This document shows positions 54,832-64,000 of a DNA stretch of 64,000 nt, piece after piece. The number at the start of each line of letters is the position of its first letter. The first letter of the stretch is position 1. A program made the position numbers and the translations under genes. The notes under the pieces were generated by a model, which ran no database searches, was not told the origin of the DNA, and saw only the letters and a list, made by a program, of their open reading frames with translations. This DNA comes from Eledone cirrhosa (Eukaryota). The DNA is taken from positions 232,314,001-232,378,000 of the forward strand of contig OZ024743.1 of NCBI GenBank assembly GCA_964016885.1. Direction: 5' to 3'.

Positions 54832-55990
54832 GGTGTCTTCTATTAGAATGCTGTTGAAGTGTGTATACATTTTGGGGGGACATCCTGTATATATGTGTAT
54901 ATATAAATATATGAATAAATATATATAGGGGTGTATAAATATATATACACACATATGTATGTGTGTGTATGTGTGAGTGTGCCTGTGTATCTTTTTTTTA
55001 ATTGAGACGATGATCAGATACTTTTGAAGAAAGGCAAAAAGTTAAGAGAGCGATATTCTTCATCCGTTTTCCGTTCTTTTCTGGAGGCTTTTCAAAACAT
55101 CAATAATGTCTGGAGTGACTTGGTTCCACCTCCAGGTGTGACTTTATAGAAATCGTATCTTCGTTGTTTTTTATGTTACAGAAGTGTTGTCTCCTGTCTC
55201 TTGTCGTATGAATCAAGGAACACTTTGCCTTAAAAGATATACCATTATTTTAAAATGTCTAGTGTAATAACGAGTTCCCAAATTGACACAAAGTGATATA
55301 TTTGTAAGGAAATGGTAAACCCCATTACATCGACCTCTGTGTATAAATTATACGTATCTCATCGACTCTGGGGGGGATACAGCATCGTTGTCAACTCCGA
55401 TGGGATTAGAACCTAGAAAATACATGATATATCAGTCAAATCTCATTGATATCAGACCCCAAGCTGTTTGAAAATAAGGAAAAGTTGCATGAGATAAGAT
55501 AACCTTACATATCCTTTAAAAAATACAGGTCTTAGCTAGAATGGTCACGTGACTGCATGATCGGAGTTGCCCTGGAACTAAATAACAACGACAATAATTA
55601 GAACGTAGGCGAAACTTGAAAGGACACTTCGCAGACTTTGAAGGTAAATGGACAGAACTAAATATTCTTTGCTATTTATTCTTCGACGGCTTCAGCTACT
55701 TTCGTTATTGTAGCAGTCTCAACTAGTAGTGAATTGTAAACGATTCACTGGTCAGCGAACCGGACTACAATTCACATTTGTCATAGCTTCGAATCCTACC
55801 GAAGCGTGTTGTCCTGATACCCCAAAATACATTCAATTCATAAAGTGCCCTATCGACTTATCCGTGCATATATATCACAGGCTCATGGCAAAACACATTA
55901 AATTCTATGTTGTGTGCTATAAGTTTGGTTAGTTTTCCCATTTGCTTAGAGTGCAGAACAGTGCACATATCAAATCTGATTGAAAAAAAA

Positions 55991-56020
<30 letters not shown>

Positions 56021-56024
<4 letters not shown>

Positions 56025-56294
56025 ATAATAATAAAGTTGAAGACTAAAATCCAAAGAGAGCTCGATAAGGATAAATATATATCAAATATATAAGAACCGT
56101 AGACCAAATATTACTTATTTGCATAGGGAACGTTTCCACGAACCAAAGTATCGTCTTCCTGTCTTCCTCCGGTTGCAACGTTTTTTGAAATATCCACTTC
56201 TGCGTTTACAGATTGACTTTGTTAGTTTCAGAAGATCCCGTTAAGGTTGAAAGCAGCGATTCTTTGCTTAAACTTTAATCTGTTATTTTAAGAA

Positions 56295-56297
<3 letters not shown>
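56021..56297 (+). mobile_element. (TA)n-embedded mini-element (longest copy) with CAGAAGA-core HHR-like motif at 56224-56274
   Basis: agttt-CAGAAGA-t-cccgttaaggt-t-GAAA-gcag cgattct ttgc-TT-aaact. Confidence 0.7.
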
Positions 56298-56365
<68 letters not shown>

Positions 56366-56837
56366 AAAATGTTTTCCTATTACATTGTTGTTTTCCTATT
56401 ACAAATGTTTTCCTATTACCCACTCTACTACCCTAAGTATTGAGTACTCTGGTGCGTTATGGACCATCTGGTTCCTTACCACACCTCCTTCGTTATATAT
56501 ATATATATATGTGTTTATTCAAAAATATAGACTAGCATAAAATAAAGTTTAATATACATTATGTCAACACCATAACATGCTAACCATCCAAACAGATACA
56601 TACATACACACACACATAACACCTTCTATTTTAGAAAATAAATACCAGAACTAAATAAACCTTAACATACGTTAATACTTTAACACCTTAACATGCTAAC
56701 AACACCCCACACACACACATAACTCCGTCGCCCATTTCTATTAACGGATTCATTTTCCTACACACAAACACACAACATATATATATATTCTCTCCATCTT
56801 AACATGCTAACCATACTCCCACACACACAAACACACA

Positions 56838-56941
<104 letters not shown>

Positions 56942-57074
56942 CACGCACACGCACACGCACACCCACACACACCCACACACACACACACACACACCAGCAC
57001 ACAAATAAACATACATATTTCTACTTTCTTTATTTCAATAGAAAGTCTGAATTTTGTCACCCCAGCACTCCACC

Positions 57075-57630
57075 CATATTCACTGAACCAGAACAATTCT
57101 CCCCATCCCGTTTTCTTTGACCATTATCTTTTGTTTGGCACAACATTCTCTAAAAGGCTACAAAATAAATTCCCAAATACGGGCGCGAAATTTAATGTAC
57201 TTGTTCACGTGACAATCATAATTTCATTTATAACCAAACAAATTACATTTCACCACATCAGTCATACTCAGAACAACACTCTCCATCCCTTTTTCTTGAC
57301 CATTATTTTTTGTAAGGCGGTAGATTGGCAGTATCGGTAGAGGGTCGGACGCCATGCTTTGTCGCATGGAGTTACGGCCCTTGCCATTCTGAGTTCAAAT
57401 CCCGGCGAGGTTATCTTTACCTTTCATCCTTACGGGGTCGATAAAATAAAGTACCAGTAATGCACTGGATAATTGCTGGCCTTGTGCCAATAGTAGAAAC
57501 AATTATCTTTTGTTTGGCACAAAATTCTCTAAATGGCTACAAAAAAATTCCAAAATACGGACGCGAAATTTAATGTACTTGTTCACATGACACTCATAAT
57601 TTCATTTATAACCAATCAAATTACATTTAT
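57075..57630 (+). repeat. Local tandem duplication of about 180 bp, second unit interrupted by a SINE
   Basis: 57121-57250 matches 57301-57313 plus 57502-57628. Confidence 0.75.
57314..57501 (+). mobile_element. SINE family 1, full length with 12-bp TSD
   Basis: TSD attat(t/c)ttttgt at 57302-57313 and 57502-57513. Confidence 0.85.
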
Positions 57631-57928
57631 AAAAAAAAAAAAACCTTCGTGGGCCACCTTTTTTTAAAGTAAAAAGAAATTCAAACACAAACTGGCGCGA
57701 AAGCTGATGTGCTTATTCACGTGACTCCATCAACCAACCAAACTTCACTCATATATGAATATAACAACCGGACCCCCCCCCCCTCCCTTTTTTTTAAAGG
57801 CAAATATAATAAGAACTTTGTAACGCAAACTGGCACGAAATTTATTATACTTATTCACCAACCAAATTACGTAGCATTTCGAGCAACTATTTTCCATATA
57901 AAACAGAAGTAACGTTCAAACACCAACC

Positions 57929-58082
57929 AGATGTGAGAAAAACCACAAACCCTCCATCTCAATTCTAATTTTGAAAAGCAGAAGAAATGCGAAACCGGTA
58001 AAGGAACCAAATAAAAAGACTCCAGTTGCAATTTCGATTTCATCCTTTTTTTTCATTTTGTAAAAAAACCCTCACTTTCTAA
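57929..58082 (+). mobile_element. Single-arm copy of the 11102-11460 mini-element with U3-A8 HHR-like motif (57969-58003)
   Basis: Sequence match; ends in (TA)n. Confidence 0.7.
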
Positions 58083-58641
58083 TATATATATACTGTATAT
58101 ATATATATATATATATGTATGTGTATATATGTATATATATATATATATGTGTGTGTGTGTGCGTGTGTTCGTATATATGCAAGCAAACCTTTCTTTTGAA
58201 TATGTATGTGTTGTTAATAACAAGATTATCTTCATGTTACAATTTCTTTATTAGAAACCTTCTCACGATGTCTAATAAGATCTCTATAAATTAAACAAGG
58301 TTTCCAGACCCTCGCAGTCTCATCATCAGGAGTATTCATGATTTACTTCTACTGCCTGTTTTATAAAACTCTAATGAAAAGCAGAAAAAAAGCCAAATGA
58401 AAATCAAGTCAAAAATAAATTTTGTAAGATTTCCTAAAAATGGGTGAACATAAATTTTAAAACATTTTACTCGTAGGGTTCTTTACAACTGTTGTAACAG
58501 TAATGCTGGTAGTGGTGGATGACAACGACGAGAAGAATTACGGTGAAAATTATGAAAATTGTCATGATAATGATGGTGCTGATGTTGATTATAATAATTA
58601 TGATGACTATCATAACCAATATAACATTAAACGTCATCATC

Positions 58642-58690
<49 letters not shown>

Positions 58691-58755
58691 ATGCACATAT
58701 ATGTGCATATGTATGATGTATACGTATATATATATATGTATATATGTATATATAT

Positions 58756-58803
<48 letters not shown>

Positions 58804-59819
58804 TGATAGACATATATATATATATATATTGATAGACATATGTATTTATATATATATTGATAGACATATATATTTATATATATATATATATGTATTGATA
58901 GACATATATATTTATATATATATTGATAGACATATATATTTATAAATATATATATGTATTGATAGACATATATATATATATATATATTGATAGACATAAA
59001 ACCAGAAACAGGTACACATTATACACACAGACTTTATTTAAAATTTATAAAAGTGACAGCAATTTCTGGGATATTTTCGCCATTTTGTTTCTTTCTAATG
59101 GTTATTGGGGGGGGGGGGGTCGGATAGTTTTCATATCGATAACAAAATTTACAGGAAGTAAAATATAAAAGGTAAAAAATATTATATAAAAACCAAAATC
59201 AAACACAGCGGACAGAAGAAAATAAAGAAGAAGAGAGTGAAAGCGTGACTAAAAAGTATAGACCAGAAATAAAATATTATTCTTTCTTTTTTTTTCTTGG
59301 TTTCTGTCTTTATTTTCGTCTTCATTTCCTTCATTTTTTTTCTTCCCAGAAAGTCAAGTAATTTAATAAATATCGTACTGTCTCAAAAATGTTAATTTAG
59401 TTTATCTTTGCCAATAATTGATGTAAAGTGCAATACGATGTATGGTGCGTGTATGTCATTCTACGACAATTTATTTCAATTTCCATTCTTGTGTATTTTG
59501 TGATGAATTGGTGAAATCATTAGAGCGTTGGAAAAGAGGCCTTGCGGTATTTGTTCCAGTTCTTTACGTTCTGAGTACAAATCCCATCGGAACCAATTTA
59601 ACTTTCATTCCACGATCGATTAAATTAAGTAACAGGAAAATGGTGGGGTCGATTTCATCGACTTTCCCCTCCCCTAAAAATGATTGGTCTAGTATCTAAA
59701 TTAGAAACCATTATACACAAATTGTATATACCCTTTTTTTTTTTCGGTATCTACAAAATTGTTTACCATATAAACATAACGTGTTAAAGCATCCGCTTAT
59801 TATTGGTGCTAGCTTACTA

Positions 59820-59990
59820 ATGGTTGATACTCGCCACCGTAGGCGCTGAGCTGGCCAGCCGCAGGTGTGAGCCTCGCGAGATGAATTGGCTCTTCCAGCG
59901 CATCTCCATTACTATATTCCGGGGAAACGCCTTCTCCATTCTGTCCGCCGGGGCTGTGGAGCGGCCAGCACGTGGGTACATTTGCTCACT
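59820..59990 (+). mobile_element. CRE-clade retrotransposon 3' fragment
   Basis: GAELASRRCEPREMNWLFQRISITIFRGNAFSILSAG. Confidence 0.65.
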
Positions 59991-60367
59991 ATACAGAGAG
60001 ACGGGTGGCCCGAGAGAGATGGGGGTGAATACGAGGGAGGTTCGGCTCTTCCGCATTCAGACACATTGCACTTGTCAAGAGTGTATTTTCATACTTGTGA
60101 CGAACATTGTAAATTCCTATTTATAGTTTGATTTATAATTATCAATGGTATTGCAAACCTCAACACTCTTGTTTTCACAACCTCACATACTTCTGTGTAT
60201 TGAGTACTTTATTTCTCGAATAACATGTGAGAAACAGCATCCCAAACAATCAACAGGCACGACAACTCTCTCCGTCGGACGGGGAGATGTCCCACCCACT
60301 TTGCGGTGGGTGAGAGATGTCTTCTCTTATGAAAATGGGTATAGCTTTCATTATGTCAATTCTCCCA

Positions 60368-60555
60368 GGGCGGTGGATTGGCAGTGTCAGTAGATGGTTG
60401 GACACCATGCTTTGCAGCAAAGAGTTACAGCCCTTTATGATCTGAGTTCAAATCCCGCCGAGGTTAACTTTGCCTTTCATCGTTACGAGGTCGATAAAAT
60501 AAAGTACCAGTAATACACTGGGATAATTGCTGGCCTTGTGCCAAAAGTAGAAACA
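60368..60555 (+). mobile_element. SINE family 1, full length with 18-bp TSD
   Basis: TSD attatgt(c/a)aattctccca; paralogous empty site at about 3334-3352. Confidence 0.87.
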
Positions 60556-61074
60556 ATTATGTAAATTCTCCCAATTTTGCCTCATTTCTCCCCGTTTGGG
60601 GGCACTTCTTTTCATGGCATGATAATCCCTGTTTGAGTTTTTAGAGGTTAGCAGATCTGCATCAATCCATTCTATATTTTAATATATTTCTACTGTTTTT
60701 AGTTTTGTCGACTATTATTGGACCTTTATATGAACCACTTTAACATTCGTTTTGCTGTGTTGAAAACAATTTGCTACATTTCCAGATTCTTATTTATTCT
60801 CTGTGATATTAATTTTAGATTCTAGTTATAATGCGGGAGTGCAGGTTATTGATCTGTAGTTGTTGGGGATTGTGGTCTCCTTAATCTTGGGAATTAAGCC
60901 AATCACCTGTTGCTACCGTTCCTATGAGTATCATTCTTATAAATCATCCTTATTAGCATGCATCTCTGATATATATATATATATATATATACATACACAT
61001 ATATAACGGCGAGATTTTTTATATGAAATCGTGTTGTGAAACAAATATTGTGATACTTGAAACAAAATATGCTC

Positions 61075-64000
61075 AAAATGAATGCAATAGACATTTCAAT
61101 AAGAAATTAGGATGGATGAAGAAGAAAAAAACAAGAAGAAAGGAAAATGGAAAATTTACAAAAATACCCAGATAACATCAACAATATCCCTATGACAGAT
61201 GTAGCATTACCGGCAGAATTTACCAAAGACCATACAATCAATATTTATGAGAACACTTTAATCAATTAACAAGAACAACAGGCTCTACAGCTCCCACCGA
61301 AATTTGCTATCTACAAAAAGATAAATCCAATCGAGTGTAAAACGGAGCTGGAAAAGTGTTTCACAAAAATACGTTTAAATGAGAAAATAAACAACAACTA
61401 TACGGTCAACAACAATAATAACGATAGAAGTAATATAAACAATAACTCTGAGTATAGAAATAACAGCTATAATAGTAAAAGTCATAACAATAACAATAAT
61501 ATGAGAGTGAGACATAGTAATAATAATAATGGTAATAATATTAACGATAGACAGAACAACAACCACAATAATAATAATAATGGAAACATTAACGACAGAC
61601 ACAACAACAACAACAACAACAACAACAACCACAGTAGTAATAATGGAAATAATACGAGTAACAACATTAATGACAGACACAACAACAACAACAGTAGTAA
61701 TAATGGAAATAATACGAGTAACAACATTAATGACAGACACAACAACAACAACGACAACAGTAGTAATAATGGAAATAATACGAGTAGCAACATTAATGAC
61801 AGACACAACAATAACAACAACAACAACAGTAGTAATAATGGAAATAATACGAGTAGCAATATTAATGATAGACACAAAAACAACAACAACAAAAACAAGA
61901 AACATAATAATAAAAGTAACAACCACAATGGGATAAATAAGAGTAACAACAAAAATAACAATAGAGAAAACAACAGCAATATATCTAACAATCATAACAA
62001 TAATAATAATGTTAATGGTAGGAACAACGACAACCATAATAACAATAATAGCACACACACAACTATGACGATAGATATAATGACAACCTCTTAGAGAAAC
62101 TATTCTTCAACCCAGCTGACAAATCATATCAGATGAGTAAAATTTATCCTACGAGGTTACCCTTTAATAAAAGGGTTTGTATACCACAACAAATAGATGA
62201 CGAGACAGAGGCACAGTTCACCATGGCTAGAAATAAGATTAAACAAATAGTAGACCGATATACTAAGAGACAAAGCAGGCCAGAGGTCCAACAACTTGGA
62301 AGGAAACCTGTAGAAGGCTTAGTTAGCCTCAAGCAGCGCACAAGGGATGGTGAGGTAGTATGTCTACCCTCAGATAAGTCTGGTAGCATGTCAATAGACA
62401 GCATGCCGAACTACATCAAGGCTATGCAACACCGCATCACCAAACACGAGCGAAATTACACAACAAACACACGAGGAGAGAGAGAAGATCCTCAACGCGC
62501 ACATGATGATGTAGACCGACATCCTAAAGCAAGCAGTCGCACTGCCAACAATTTCCAGGCGTCTAACAATGACATACCACCCTTCTATGGGCTCCGCAAA
62601 GACCATAAGACAGTCGACGACCCGAAAACAGAACCACCAACAAGACCTGTATGCGGAGTCAATATCGCTATCAACTACCGGATCTCCTACTTCCTCTCAA
62701 TGGTTATACGCCCCATAATGAAGATGTCCCCAGATGTATGTGACAGTACAGAGGACCTCCTCAGCAGAAACAGTGAGTGCAACAAAAACAAAGACCTATC
62801 CAACTGCATAATAGGCAGTATGGACGTGGTATCCCTATATTCCTCCATTAACATTGATTTTGCGGTGGAAAAATGTGTGGAGATGATCAGTGAGAGTGAG
62901 GTGGTGTTCTGCGACATTGACACAGATGATTAATCTGGGCCTCCTACTTAGACTTATCTATGAGACCAACAACCTAGACAGCCATGGCCTTAGCCGTTTC
63001 TGCCCCAGTAGACCCATAAGAGGTAGACCCTCCACCCCCCACCATAACCTCAATGGCAAAAATGACTCCCGTGGGAAGGTGGTTGGGTGGACCAAAGCCA
63101 TACGGACCCCCCAAAACAATGATCAGGTAAGAAAAATGTTCACGCATACAATAGGGGCTAGTATTAAAACTACGCTAAAGAGCCACATATTCAAAAGATC
63201 TACACCCAAAATGAGGGAGCAGCAATTGGCATCAGCATAGTTGGTGACGTTGCTAAACTTTTTATGGTATGGTGGGAAAGGAGACTCAAAGATCTCCTTG
63301 ATGAGAGGTCCATAGATCTCCTCATGTACTCTCGTTACGTAGACGATATTAATATATTAATAAGGACACCCCCACAAGAGAGTACTAACAAGTATGAGCT
63401 AGAATGTTGCACAATGGAAAGCATCCAGCAGATAGCTAACTCCATACACCAGAGTATAACTGTAACTATCGACTATCCTTCCAAACAACCTAACAGTAGA
63501 CTACCTGTATTAGACACAGAACTCTGGATTAACACTATAGACGAGAGGGCCCAAATTCTCCACTCACACTACACTAAACCCATGGCCTCCAAATACCTGA
63601 TACTCAAAAACTCAGAAATGTACAGTAGTGCTAATTTAATATTCTGATCGCAGACTTGGTACGAGTGATGAAGAACGTGTCCCGCATGTGCGACCCAACA
63701 GAAATGGAAAGACACATCCAATACTTCATCAACCGCATGCAGTACTCTGCCTACAACCAAAGAGGCAGAATCAGAGTATACAAAGGAGCCACGGAGAAGT
63801 ATAAGACCCGCATAGAACTGGACATGAAAGGAATTTGCCCATTATACAGGAACAAATCATGGAATAGCTTAGATAGGGTTAAACATAAGATAGGGAAAGC
63901 CACCTCATGGTACGACAACCAGAGATACCAGAGTGTGATGTTCGTGGAAGCTACCCCTGGAGGGAAATTCGATAACCAGTGTAGAAAGGCCCCGAGAAAG
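61075..64000 (+). pseudogene. Penelope-like element RT (Nematis/Neptune-like), frameshifted, running off the window
   Basis: LPPKFA; PSDKSG; FYGLRKDHK; PPTRPVCG; GSMDVVSLYSSI; GAAIG; YSRYVDD; LPVLD; HYTKPMASK; VMFVEATPGG. Confidence 0.85.
61515..61900 (+). repeat. In-frame Asn-rich minisatellite (units of about 54-66 bp) inside the PLE ORF
   Basis: Repeated NINDRHN(n)SSNNGNNTS. Confidence 0.85.

Overview
AT-rich, microsatellite-saturated animal genomic DNA, with (TA)n, (CA)n, (GATA)n, (TAG)n and (AAG)n tracts. The SINE families resemble octopus tRNA/CORE-type SINEs, so a cephalopod origin is likely (inference). No complete host gene is visible; at most there are three small candidate exons near the start. 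Nearly all real coding signal belongs to retroelements: three large Penelope-like elements (PLEs; 7.5-11.0 kb, 24.0-28.2 kb, 61.1-64.0 kb) plus fragments; four L1/Tx1-type LINE copies in the same orientation, almost always abutting (GATA)n tracts (43.7-53.4 kb); and CRE, R4/Dong and RTE fragments. There is also one non-autonomous hAT element and one non-autonomous Helitron. The most notable unannotated signal is about 20 type I hammerhead-ribozyme (HHR) motifs found by eye on both strands, some with recurrent non-canonical cores (CAGAAGA, CAGUUGA, UUGANAA). Many sit in short fold-back mini-elements inserted into (TA)n tracts. Most ORFs in the supplied track are microsatellite artefacts.
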